A model generated the notes under the pieces. That model was not told where the DNA came from. It searched no databases and saw nothing but the letters and a program-made list of their open reading frames with translations. The position numbers were made by a program, and so were the translations under genes. Shown here in pieces: positions 49,379-58,639 of a DNA stretch of 63,698 bases. Source of the DNA: Desulfobacterales bacterium (lineage in GTDB: Bacteria > Desulfobacterota > Desulfobacteria > Desulfobacterales > JAFDDL01); assembly GCA_040235505.1 (NCBI GenBank), contig JBECKW010000017.1:74139-137836 (forward strand), in the 5' to 3' direction. Positions within the stretch are counted from its first letter, which is position 1. Each line of letters opens with the position of its first letter.

Positions 49379-50878
49379 ATGGAGCTCGAAAATATTGTGG
49401 AGCGCACCGGTAAACCTTTTTTTATAAGGAAACCCCGCCACTTTGCGTTTTTTGTGGCGATAGCAGCAGTTATAATCCTCATCTCCGCTTCCGGTTGCCG
49501 ATCGATACCGAACGCTTCCAACAGGAGTCCGATTTCGGAAGCCCGGGAGGACACATCGCGTATTGTCGCCCGGATCAACGGTGAGCCGCTGACGTATGAC
49601 GCCCTGAAGAGACAATATGACCTGTATGTTACGATGATGGGGCAGTCCGCAGAAGATTATGAGGGAGGTTCCCTTGAGGCGTACTTAGACCGGTATATTC
49701 TTGAGATGCTCCTGCTCCAGGAGGCGCGCCGTGAGAATATCCGCTTAACCCCCAATGAGATGGCGGCTGAAAAGGAAAGCTATCTGAAGCAGATGAATCT
49801 TACACAAGAGGCGCTTTCAGACAAACTGAGCCGGGCTCATCTCACCATGGCCGATGCAGAGCGCTTCCTTGAAAACAATTGGATAATCGATCAATGGAGC
49901 CGGAAAAAATTTAAGGACATCTCGGTTTCCGATGAGGAAGTCCGGGCGTTTTATGACAGCAACCCGAAGTATTTCCAACTACCGGAAAGTATTTCGTTGA
50001 GCAGGATTCTCATATGTCATGAGGAAACTCCGTCGTGCAAAAGCGGCCTCACAAAACAGGCGGCAAAAGCGCTTGCCGAACGTGTCCGGAAGATGGCCAC
50101 ACCGGAAAACTTTGCGGCGCTGGCCAGGCAGTATTCAACAGACGAGACCGCTTCCAAGGGCGGCAGACTCGGCACCTTTTTTAAGGGAGTCTATGGTTCC
50201 AATTTTGAAGAGGGCGTGTTTTCCATGGACATAGGGGAGATTTCGGAAGTGGAAGACACGCCCTCCGGGTTTCGTATCCTTCTGGTCACGGACAAACAGA
50301 AGGCCGGTGTCACGCCTTTTGAAACCGTCCAGGACGCTATCCGGGAAAATTTAAAAACATCGCACCTTCAGTCGGCGATCCTAAACTACTCGCTTAAATT
50401 AAAAGATGCGGCAAAGATCCAGACGTTCGCCTTCAACGAAAAGGCGGTGGCATCCGGAAGCCCGTTTCAAACGTTCAGCAAGACCGATTATGGCCGATGC
50501 ACGGATGATAAGGGCCTCCCCGTGATTATCATGTACTCGGTTTCCTCTTGCCCTCATTGCCAGTGGGTGGGCGGGGTGTTTGATGCCGTTGTTCAGGAAT
50601 ACGTGGACAAGGGGCTTATCGAGGCGCACCATTACGATATGGAAACCGAGGACGATCTTTTAACCCAAACGGTCGAAACGAAAATTCCGGAGAAATACAT
50701 GGCAATCGGCAAACGGGGTGACCCTAAAGGAAGCCTGCCCTATTTCAATTTCGGTTGCCAATACGAGCGGATCGGCACGGGGTATGAAGCGCAGGATGAC
50801 CTTAATGCCGAAGCCGATGAAATGCGCCGGGTGATCGAGGCGCTGGTGCATCCAAAAAAAACGGAAGAGGTCAAATGA
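49379..50878 (+). CDS. SurA/parvulin peptidyl-prolyl isomerase fused to a C-terminal thioredoxin-like CxxC domain
   Basis: N-terminal hydrophobic anchor with Cys (ISASGC), VARINGEPLT, FAALARQYSTD..GGRLG, TPSGFRIL; C-terminal SCPHCQW and GSLPYFNFGC. Confidence 0.85.
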   Translation: MELENIVERTGKPFFIRKPRHFAFFVAIAAVIILISASGCRSIPNASNRSPISEAREDTSRIVARINGEPLTYDALKRQYDLYVTMMGQSAEDYEGGSLEAYLDRYILEMLLLQEARRENIRLTPNEMAAEKESYLKQMNLTQEALSDKLSRAHLTMADAERFLENNWIIDQWSRKKFKDISVSDEEVRAFYDSNPKYFQLPESISLSRILICHEETPSCKSGLTKQAAKALAERVRKMATPENFAALARQYSTDETASKGGRLGTFFKGVYGSNFEEGVFSMDIGEISEVEDTPSGFRILLVTDKQKAGVTPFETVQDAIRENLKTSHLQSAILNYSLKLKDAAKIQTFAFNEKAVASGSPFQTFSKTDYGRCTDDKGLPVIIMYSVSSCPHCQWVGGVFDAVVQEYVDKGLIEAHHYDMETEDDLLTQTVETKIPEKYMAIGKRGDPKGSLPYFNFGCQYERIGTGYEAQDDLNAEADEMRRVIEALVHPKKTEEVK

Positions 50879-51336
50879 ACATTCAACCCATTGGTAAGAT
50901 ATACACGCCCTTTTCAGAAAAAAAAGACTGTCCGATTCAGCCCCCTTATGCGTCCGACGCCGAAGGCCGGGTGGAACTTTTCCCGGAGTATGAACCAGGG
51001 CTGAAGGATATCACCGGATTTTCCCATATTCACCTGATTTATTTGTTCGATCGCGCCGGCGAGATTCAAATGGTCCGACCCCCATTTCTCGATGACACGC
51101 CCCATGGCATCTATGCCTCCCGTCATCCCTGCCGGCCCAACGGAATCGGGCTTTCAATCGTGAAACTTCTCGCGTGTGAGGGTAGATTTCTCACCGTATC
51201 CGGGGTGGATATGCTCGACGGCACCCCGCTGGTGGATATCAAACCCTATATTCCGAAATTCGATGCCTTTCCCTCAGCTTCCGAAGGCTGGACCGCCGGC
51301 AGGCAGTTCATGGAAAAGCCCGCCGGAAGGGAATAA
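50875..51336 (+). CDS. tsaA: tRNA m6t6A37 methyltransferase TrmO/TsaA
   Basis: QPIGKIYTPF, GLKDITGFSHIHLIYLF, SRHPCRPNGIGLS, LDGTPLVDIKPY. Confidence 0.93.
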   Translation: MNIQPIGKIYTPFSEKKDCPIQPPYASDAEGRVELFPEYEPGLKDITGFSHIHLIYLFDRAGEIQMVRPPFLDDTPHGIYASRHPCRPNGIGLSIVKLLACEGRFLTVSGVDMLDGTPLVDIKPYIPKFDAFPSASEGWTAGRQFMEKPAGRE

Positions 51337-51391
51337 TTCCTTGTCCCATATTCCAAGACCTTGATACCACACGGTTTTGGGGGGAAATCGC

Positions 51392-51420
51392 TTGACACTG
51401 ATGCCTTGATTTGCGATATT
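51392..51420 (+). promoter_or_regulatory. Probable promoter of the pta-buk-acpS-acp cassette
   Basis: TTGACA (51392-51397), 17-nt spacer, GATATT (51415-51420) preceded by TG. Confidence 0.55.
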
Positions 51421-51472
51421 CATCACTTTAAATGACCCCGAATAGAGATCGGGTTTTTAATAAGGAGAAAGT

Positions 51473-52471
51473 ATGAATACAAATATAATAGAACAATTCA
51501 AGCTGAAGGCCAAAAGCAACCCGAAAAAGGTGGTTTTACCCGAAGCCAATGAGGAAAAGATACTGCGCGCAGCGCGTCAGGTGAAGGATGCAGGTATTGC
51601 CGAGCCGATTCTTGTGGGAGAACCGGAGACGATCCAGACCGTGGCGGCCGAGATCGGCGTTTCTCTGGACGGGCTGCCCATTGTGGACCATACCAATGAG
51701 GAGAAGGTCGATTATTATGCAAACGAGTTTGCTAAAATTGACACCATGTTTTCGGTGAAGTCCCTGAAACGGAAGATGAAAAGCCCTCTGAATTATGCAG
51801 CCATGATGGTGCGTTTCTCAGATGCCGATTGCATTCTGGCCGGTCTCAGCCACACGACGGGGGATGTGATCATGAGCTGTCAGATGATCATCGGTCTTGC
51901 CGAGGGCATTTCAACGGTGTCCAGCATGGGCATCATGTCCATTCCCGGATACGAAGGCTCCGAAGGCAACCTGCTGGCCATCGCCGACTGCGCGGTGGTG
52001 CCCCAGCCGGATGCCAAGGAGTTGGCGGACATCGCCATTTCTACTGCCGGAACCGTAAAGGCGCTGCTGGATTGGGAGCCCCGGGTCGCCCTGCTCTCGT
52101 TCTCCACCAAGGGCAGCACCACCCACGAGAGTGTGGATACGGTCCTGGAAGCCCTTTCCATGGTGCGGGAGCGCTGTCCGGACCTTCTCATTGACGGTGA
52201 GCTTCAACTCGATTCCGCCATTGTTCCCGAGGTGGCGGCCAAAAAGCTCAAGGGAGAGGAAAGCCCCGTGGCCGGCAAGGCCAACGTTCTCATCTTCCCG
52301 AACCTGGGGGCCGGCAATATCGGTGTCAAACTGGTTCAGCAGTTCGGCAAGGCGGTGGCCTTTGGTCCGCTTCTGCAAGGATTTGCAAAACCGGTTTGCG
52401 ATCTTTCCCGGGGAGCCCCCGTGGAGGAGATCGCCGGTGCCATGGCCATGGTGGCCGTTTGTGCACAGTAG
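51473..52471 (+). CDS. Phosphate acyltransferase (Pta/Ptb family, short form)
   Basis: VVLPEANEEKILRAA, ADCAVVPQP, VALLSFSTKGS, DGELQLDSA, ANVLIFPNLGAGNIGVKL, GPLLQG. Confidence 0.93.
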   Translation: MNTNIIEQFKLKAKSNPKKVVLPEANEEKILRAARQVKDAGIAEPILVGEPETIQTVAAEIGVSLDGLPIVDHTNEEKVDYYANEFAKIDTMFSVKSLKRKMKSPLNYAAMMVRFSDADCILAGLSHTTGDVIMSCQMIIGLAEGISTVSSMGIMSIPGYEGSEGNLLAIADCAVVPQPDAKELADIAISTAGTVKALLDWEPRVALLSFSTKGSTTHESVDTVLEALSMVRERCPDLLIDGELQLDSAIVPEVAAKKLKGEESPVAGKANVLIFPNLGAGNIGVKLVQQFGKAVAFGPLLQGFAKPVCDLSRGAPVEEIAGAMAMVAVCAQ

Positions 52472-52514
52472 CGAATACACAAGCGGATAAGCTTAAGGCA
52501 AAGAGGAAACAACA

Positions 52515-53621
52515 ATGGAAAAAAAATATAGGCTGTTTACGATCAATCCGGGTTCGACTTCCACGAAGATCGCCCTGTTTGAAAACGATAAGAAGATCTA
52601 CTCAGTAAATGTCACCCATGATGCAGAAAAGCTGACGGAATTTAAAGAAATCAGAGACCAGTATCCCTACCGCAAGGAAACCATCCTCGATCTTTTGCAA
52701 AAAGAAAACATTTCTCTCGAAGGAACCGACGCTTTCGTGGCCCGCGGAGGCGGTCTGGTGGGCCTTGTGGGGGGCACCTATACATGTAACGAAAAACTAC
52801 TGGAGCACGCCCGGGTGGGATTTACCGTCAAGCATCCCAACACCCTGGCAAGCCAGTTGGCGGATGATTTTTCCAGGACCTATGGGGGCAAAGCCTATGT
52901 GGTCAATCCGCCGGATGTGGACGAGCTGCAGGACCTGGCCCGGGTGACCGGAATGAAGGACGTGTTCCGGGAGAGCAAGGGTCATCCCTTGAACCAGAAA
53001 GAAGTGGCCATTCGCCATGCCGCCTCCCTGGGGAAAAAATATGAGGACATGAACTTCGTCATCTCCCACATCGGAGGTGGCGTGTCGGTCAATGCCCACA
53101 AGAAGGGGCGCATGATCGACGGTACCGACGTCATCAACGGTGACGGCCCCATGGCCCCGACCCGGGCAGGCGCCATGCCGGCCACGGCCATTGCCCGGAT
53201 GTGCTTTTCCGGCAAGTATACCCAGGATGATATTTACAAGCGTCTTACCAAGAGCGGCGGTCTTGTGGACCACCTGGGAACCTCCGAGGCCAAAGAGGTC
53301 GTGGAACGCATCGAAAAGGGCGATAAATATGCCAAGCTCATCTATGATGCCCTGGCTTACCAGATTGGCAAATACATCGGAATGTATGCCGCGGTGCTTC
53401 ATGGAGATGTGGACGGGATCCTGCTGACCGGCGGTATCGCCCACGATCCGTACCTCACCGGGAAGGTTTCGGAGATGGTTAAATCCATCGCACCGGTAAC
53501 GATTTATGCCGGGGAGTTCGAGATGGAAGCACTGGCCGCCGGCGCACTCAGGGTGCTCAGCGGTCAGGAACAAGCCCTGGAGTATACCGGGATACCGGTG
53601 TTTGGCGGGTTTAATTTTTAA
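52515..53621 (+). CDS. buk: Butyrate kinase (branched/short-chain acyl kinase)
   Basis: INPGSTSTKIALF, ARGGGL, HPNTLAS, HPLNQKEVA, HIGGGVSV, GPMAPTRAG, LTGGIA, GEFEMEALAAG. Confidence 0.95.
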   Translation: MEKKYRLFTINPGSTSTKIALFENDKKIYSVNVTHDAEKLTEFKEIRDQYPYRKETILDLLQKENISLEGTDAFVARGGGLVGLVGGTYTCNEKLLEHARVGFTVKHPNTLASQLADDFSRTYGGKAYVVNPPDVDELQDLARVTGMKDVFRESKGHPLNQKEVAIRHAASLGKKYEDMNFVISHIGGGVSVNAHKKGRMIDGTDVINGDGPMAPTRAGAMPATAIARMCFSGKYTQDDIYKRLTKSGGLVDHLGTSEAKEVVERIEKGDKYAKLIYDALAYQIGKYIGMYAAVLHGDVDGILLTGGIAHDPYLTGKVSEMVKSIAPVTIYAGEFEMEALAAGALRVLSGQEQALEYTGIPVFGGFNF

Positions 53622-53705
53622 TAGCGTAATAGCGGCGATGTCAAAATTTGTTTGTTTGCATTCTGCCGGCGAAGGCGTTAGACTTTTAGCAAAAGGCGCC
53701 GCTTA

Positions 53706-54074
53706 ATGGTCATCGGGATCGGAACCGACATCCTGAAGATAGAGCGAATCCGTAATGGCCTCGGTGGCGAGTCCTTTATAAATAAATGTTTTACCGAAAA
53801 AGAGCGGGAGCAGGCCTTGACACGTTCTGATCCCGCCGAATTTTTTGCCACCCGGTTTGCCGGAAAGGAAGCCGTTTTCAAATGTTTTGGAGTGGAGGGC
53901 GGCGGCATTCGGCTCAATGAAATTGAAATACTGGGGACAGATAACGGCCAGCCGCAGGTGTCGTTGTCGGGCAAGGTGCTGGAGGCCGCCACGCAGAAGG
54001 GAATCCGGGAGATTCGAATCTCCCTCTCCTATGACGGCGAGTATGCCGTTGCGTTTGCGGTGGCCGAAGGCTAA
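53706..54074 (+). CDS. acpS: Holo-[acyl-carrier-protein] synthase
   Basis: GIGTDILKIERI, FATRFAGKEAVFK, GQPQV, ISLSYDGEYAVAFAV. Confidence 0.95.
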   Translation: MVIGIGTDILKIERIRNGLGGESFINKCFTEKEREQALTRSDPAEFFATRFAGKEAVFKCFGVEGGGIRLNEIEILGTDNGQPQVSLSGKVLEAATQKGIREIRISLSYDGEYAVAFAVAEG

Positions 54075-54128
54075 CGTTCAGGAAATCAAATTAAAAGTCA
54101 AATATAGTAAAGAAAAGGAGCAAATAAG

Positions 54129-54377
54129 ATGGCATTGAGAGACGAAATTCTTGAGAAAATGATAGAAAGAGCTTCCGAAATTTTTCAGAAGGATCCCGGC
54201 GATCTTGATGAGGACACGCAGTTTGTGGAGGATCTTCAGGCTAAATCGGTGAACTATGTACAGATTATCTCTGTGCTGGAAGATGAGTTCGACGTGGAGA
54301 TCAACTTCATGGCATTTCGCAGGAACAAGACCTTTGGTGATGCTGCTGATTTTGTAGTTGAACTCGTTGGAGAATAA
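54129..54377 (+). CDS. Acyl carrier protein, atypical (AKS at the phosphopantetheine Ser)
   Basis: 82 aa, acidic; FVEDLQAKSVNYVQIISVLEDEFDVEI; SD AAGGAG. Confidence 0.85.
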   Translation: MALRDEILEKMIERASEIFQKDPGDLDEDTQFVEDLQAKSVNYVQIISVLEDEFDVEINFMAFRRNKTFGDAADFVVELVGE

Positions 54378-54406
54378 TTTCAAATCAAGCGACACTGAAA
54401 AACAAG

Positions 54407-54460
54407 AATCCCCGAAGGTTGAAGAATAGTAATTCTTCTATCCGCCGGGGATTTTTATTG
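54407..54460 (+). terminator. Terminator after the ACP gene
   Basis: aatccccg/cggggatt outer stem, gaagaat/attcttc inner stem, then tttattg. Confidence 0.75.
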
Positions 54461-54494
54461 TCTTCACGAAACCGGGCCCTCTGGAACCGGTTTT

Positions 54495-55433
54495 TTACTT
54501 TAAAGTCAGAAGGGTAATTTCCGGATCGCAGTTAAACCGAATGGGGATTTTCGCCGTACCGCAGCCGGGACTGGTATGACCGATCATATCCCGGTACTTC
54601 CAAACACCGCTATAAAACCTTTTTCCGGTGTTCAGATACGTCATCAGGGGAACCCCCCCGGGAAGGCAGATCTGGCCGCCGTGGGAATGTCCGCACAGAT
54701 AGAGATGAATATTGTTTGTCGCCGCCAGGTGATACAGCTCCGGCGTGTGGGCCAGCAGAAGATTGAATCCGTTCCGGCGGGTTTTGACGCATACCGCCGT
54801 TTCTTTCGAATAATAGTCATGGGGATCGTCCACCCCGATAAGATTCAGCTGTGCCATGCCGCGCGCAATGGTAACACTTTGATTGGTCAGCAGGCGAATG
54901 CCGAGGTCTTCGATATCTTCGCTCATGGCCTGGGTATCGTGATTCCCAAGGACGGCGTAGATCCCGTCGGAGGCGGACGCCGCATCAGCGATTCGTCGAA
55001 GCGGTGGGAGAACTTGCTTGAAGGCACCATGCCGGGCGTACCGGAAATCCCCTGAAATCACGCAAAGGTCATAGGAAAGCGACGCGACTATCTTCGCAAT
55101 GCGGCTGCCAAGGCCTTCGATACTGTCCAGATGAAGGTCGCTCAGATGAAGAATCCGATAGCCCTTAAAAGCGTCCGGCAAGGACTTCGGGAAGATTTCC
55201 ACATACCTTGTCCCGATCCTCTGTGCATTCCGATATCCGTATTTAAACAGCCCGACGGCTTTAAGAAGCGATCCGAGCAGGAGAATGGCTTTGTGTTTGA
55301 ATTTATAGATCCAATAGCCGTCCGTTCCTCGGCGCCAGGAGACATAATCCTGCCATTCCAAAGCCGCCCGGCGCTTTTTCCATCGCTCCCGCTCAATTTT
55401 TTCCTGCTGGGTGAGTTTTCTGTCGAGTGTCAT
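54495..55433 (-). CDS. YkuE/YaeI-like metallophosphoesterase
   Basis: HLSDLH, SGDF, VLGNHD, LLLAHTP, LCGHSHGGQICLP, GCGT..PIRFNCDPEI. Confidence 0.92.
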   Translation of the reverse strand: MTLDRKLTQQEKIERERWKKRRAALEWQDYVSWRRGTDGYWIYKFKHKAILLLGSLLKAVGLFKYGYRNAQRIGTRYVEIFPKSLPDAFKGYRILHLSDLHLDSIEGLGSRIAKIVASLSYDLCVISGDFRYARHGAFKQVLPPLRRIADAASASDGIYAVLGNHDTQAMSEDIEDLGIRLLTNQSVTIARGMAQLNLIGVDDPHDYYSKETAVCVKTRRNGFNLLLAHTPELYHLAATNNIHLYLCGHSHGGQICLPGGVPLMTYLNTGKRFYSGVWKYRDMIGHTSPGCGTAKIPIRFNCDPEITLLTLK

Positions 55434-58400
55434 GGGGTTTTGCTTTTCTTCCGCGCCTTCGGCTGATCCGGTTCGAGAATTCGTCCCCCGCTCAGCCCAT
55501 ACACCGGAAGGGCCGGATCAATTTCCAGTAGAAGATCAACCGTTTCCGGGTGGCAGGTAAACACCATCACCTGATGGGTTTCCGACAGGTTCTTGATCGC
55601 CCCGGCGGCACTGCGGGCACGTTCGGGATCGAAATTAACCAGAATATCATCCATGATCACCGGCAACGGATCGCTGTTATGGGCCTGGTGTCGGATATAG
55701 CTGAAGCGAACGGACAGATAAAGCTGTTCCGCCGTGCCGCGACTGAGGTGTTCGGGAGGAATTCGTCCGCCGTTTCGATCCACCGCCTCGATGGTATTTT
55801 CTCCCAGGGGGGAGACCACTCCCCGGTATCGCCCCCCCGTCATGCGGCTGAAGATCTCCCCGGCTTCCTTGATGATGCTGGGCTGATGTTTGCGTTCGAA
55901 AATTTCCCTGGCCTGGTGAATCAGATATTCTGCGAGGGCATGCCGGGACCATTCCCGAGTATTTTCGGCGAGATCGGCCAGAAGGACTGCCTCACGGGAT
56001 CGAAGCCGGGAAATATCATCGCTTGTGGAAAGGGTGTCCAGGGCCTGTTTCAGTTCGGCCCGCCGGGCGTAGAAGCCGGAAAGTTCGCCATCGAGAGTCC
56101 GGGTTTCTTCTTCCGCGGTTTCTTTCTCGGAAAGAATGTCGGCCAGGGAAAGGGGTTCAAGGTGTTCCTTCAAGCCGGAGATATCGACTTCTCCTGAAAT
56201 ACGGCGCATATTTCCTTCCGCCAAGCGGGCTGCGGAAAGGAGTTCGGCGCGCTTTTGCTCGATGCGCCCGATTTTTCGAAAATCAGATTCATCCTGGAGC
56301 CCCGCCGTCTCGATAAGCCCGCGGGCAGCTTCTTCGGTTTGCAAAAGCAGTTCTTCGGCTTCCGCCTGTTCCTCTAAAAGACCGGCCAGCTGGCGTTCGA
56401 GGGTATCCTTTTCCCGTTTGTTTCCCCGGCTTTCTTCCAGCCGGGTCATCAATTCATTCATTGCCGGGGGAAGATCGTTATCTTCCGCAATGGGCCATCC
56501 GACGCTCGAAAGAACCTCGCCGGCTTTTTCCCGGTATTTTGCAAGTTCTGCTTCCATCCGGGAACCTTCCGATTTGCATCGATCCCTTTGCTGAAGGAGG
56601 CCCACCGTTTCCTCGATCACATCGAGAGCGTCCAGGGCGGTTGCAGGCGAAAGTGAATGAGAAAACCCAAGGGCACGGCATTTTTCAGTCCACTCGGATT
56701 TTTCCTGAAGCAGGCTTTTTTTTACTTCTTCCTGATCTGCCGCCACTTTTTCTAAATCCTTTAGCGCGGTGGTCTCATCCGATTTTCTTTCATCGAGTCG
56801 ACGCCGGGACTGAATCAGCGACTCCCGCTTCTTATCTTCTTCCGAAAGGACGTAGAAAAACCGGTCGACGGCGACTGGAAGCGCTTCCTCCGGGATATCG
56901 CCGGTGTCGATGGCTCCCGAGGATTTGGCAAACTGGAAATACTCCTTTTTTATCGACTCCAGGTGTCTGCATCTGGCCAGAAGCTCATCAGCGCGAAGCT
57001 GCTCCTGCCGAAGCCTACTTTTGTGGTTCATGTGAAGCTGGTGCTGATGCTTTCGATGGACCCACGTGGCCCATGTCACCATCAGGGTGCCGCCCATGAC
57101 CATAAAGGCTTCCTCGAAATATCCGAAGAAGGCGACAACGCCGGCGGCGATTGTTCCGATTCCGGCGAGCATCACCACCGGCCATTTCGAGCCCGAGCCC
57201 GTTTTCCGAAATTCTTCCTCAAGACGGGAGAGTTCGGACCGGGCCTCGTCGTGCGCTTTCGACAGTCGTTTATATTCCTCGAGTGCATCCAGGAACCGAT
57301 CGCGGCCCTGCTTCAGCCGCTGGACAGACTCTTGATCGCGCTCTGGCGGCGGATCACCTACGGCGGCAACATCCTTTTCGGCAAGGATGCGGGCTTCGGT
57401 CGCCCGATGGCATACGGCTTTTTTATCGGCAAGAAGCGTTTCGACAGCGGCAAGCTTTTTTTCCAGAGAGTCCAGGGAAGATTGATGACCTCGAACGGTG
57501 TCCCGTGTAAACAAGGACCGGTTGAAATCGAGGATGGCGGCTTCGGTCCAGTCATTTCCGAGATGAGAAAGACGCTGGATAATTTTTTCCTGAAGCGACT
57601 GTTCTTCCCGGGCAAGCATCGGTCTTCTCCGGAAATTTTCCAGATAGGCGTTCCGGTTTTCCACCAGCGAGGCGATATCTTGCGCCCGGGAGAGAATTTT
57701 TTCATCAACGGGAAGCTGGGAGAGACGGCTCGAGAGCTGATCGAGGCGTTTTTTCAGTGCATCGAGCGTCTCCCTGAATCGATCCTGCTTCTCCGCCAGA
57801 GCCTCAAGGATCGACAGCCCGTCTTCGGGAAACGTTTCCGTTGCAGGCCCCAGTTCGGAAAGGGCCAGCCGGCTTTCCCTGAAGGCAATCCAGTCGGGCC
57901 ACAGCCGCTCGAGGGATTCGAATCGTTGCTTTCGCCGCCGGCTGTCGGTGAGCTTCTCCCGGTGGGACTGGACGTCTTTTTCCACTGCCGAAAGGGCATC
58001 GAAAGCCGAATCGTATCGGTCGGTCTGGAGGGAGGCTTCGTGGATGGCCTTTCGAAGGGAATCCAGTTCACCGGTGAGCCGGTTGATGATCTTGCTCCCG
58101 CCCCGGCCTTTGAGCAGGTCGTCCATACGCTTTCGAATCTGTTTCAAAGCCCGGGGCATGGCCATCATGGAGGTACCGAGCCCGGCCCCGTAAATGGCGC
58201 TGGCAATATGTTCGCCGGAAAGAGTGTCCATGGTCTGAAGTTCGCTCAGCCCGAACGCCATGATGCTCCGGTAGGCCTCGTAGGAGATGCCGCCGAGAAG
58301 CTGATCGAGCATGGTTTTATCATGAACCAGTCCGTCTGCACCGGTCACGGCAATCGTGCCGCCACCCTTTCCGGGTTTTCTTGAAACGGACCAGCGTTGG

Positions 58401-58639
58401 CCGCTCTGGGTGACCAGGTCGATGTATCCGCCATGCTCTCCGCCGGCAACGGGAAGATATAGGGAGTCCTTTGAGTTGGCCCGGGGAAAACCAAACAGAA
58501 CCGATCGAATGAATCCCAGAAGAGTCGATTTTCCCGCTTCGTTCTGCCCGGAAAAAAGGAGCAGATTCCTGTCCAGACCGGAAACGGACTGGTCGTGAAA
58601 AACACCGAAGCCATCGATATAAACGCCGGAAATTTTCAA
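55430..58639 (-). CDS. YhaN-like Rad50/SMC-type ATPase with a central transmembrane hairpin
   Basis: IDGFGVF, Walker A GQNEAGKST, long coiled coils, hydrophobic WPVVMLAGIG..VTWATWV, signature LSRGTAEQLYL, Walker B IMDDILVNFD. Confidence 0.9.
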   Translation of the reverse strand: MKISGVYIDGFGVFHDQSVSGLDRNLLLFSGQNEAGKSTLLGFIRSVLFGFPRANSKDSLYLPVAGGEHGGYIDLVTQSGQRWSVSRKPGKGGGTIAVTGADGLVHDKTMLDQLLGGISYEAYRSIMAFGLSELQTMDTLSGEHIASAIYGAGLGTSMMAMPRALKQIRKRMDDLLKGRGGSKIINRLTGELDSLRKAIHEASLQTDRYDSAFDALSAVEKDVQSHREKLTDSRRRKQRFESLERLWPDWIAFRESRLALSELGPATETFPEDGLSILEALAEKQDRFRETLDALKKRLDQLSSRLSQLPVDEKILSRAQDIASLVENRNAYLENFRRRPMLAREEQSLQEKIIQRLSHLGNDWTEAAILDFNRSLFTRDTVRGHQSSLDSLEKKLAAVETLLADKKAVCHRATEARILAEKDVAAVGDPPPERDQESVQRLKQGRDRFLDALEEYKRLSKAHDEARSELSRLEEEFRKTGSGSKWPVVMLAGIGTIAAGVVAFFGYFEEAFMVMGGTLMVTWATWVHRKHQHQLHMNHKSRLRQEQLRADELLARCRHLESIKKEYFQFAKSSGAIDTGDIPEEALPVAVDRFFYVLSEEDKKRESLIQSRRRLDERKSDETTALKDLEKVAADQEEVKKSLLQEKSEWTEKCRALGFSHSLSPATALDALDVIEETVGLLQQRDRCKSEGSRMEAELAKYREKAGEVLSSVGWPIAEDNDLPPAMNELMTRLEESRGNKREKDTLERQLAGLLEEQAEAEELLLQTEEAARGLIETAGLQDESDFRKIGRIEQKRAELLSAARLAEGNMRRISGEVDISGLKEHLEPLSLADILSEKETAEEETRTLDGELSGFYARRAELKQALDTLSTSDDISRLRSREAVLLADLAENTREWSRHALAEYLIHQAREIFERKHQPSIIKEAGEIFSRMTGGRYRGVVSPLGENTIEAVDRNGGRIPPEHLSRGTAEQLYLSVRFSYIRHQAHNSDPLPVIMDDILVNFDPERARSAAGAIKNLSETHQVMVFTCHPETVDLLLEIDPALPVYGLSGGRILEPDQPKARKKSKTP

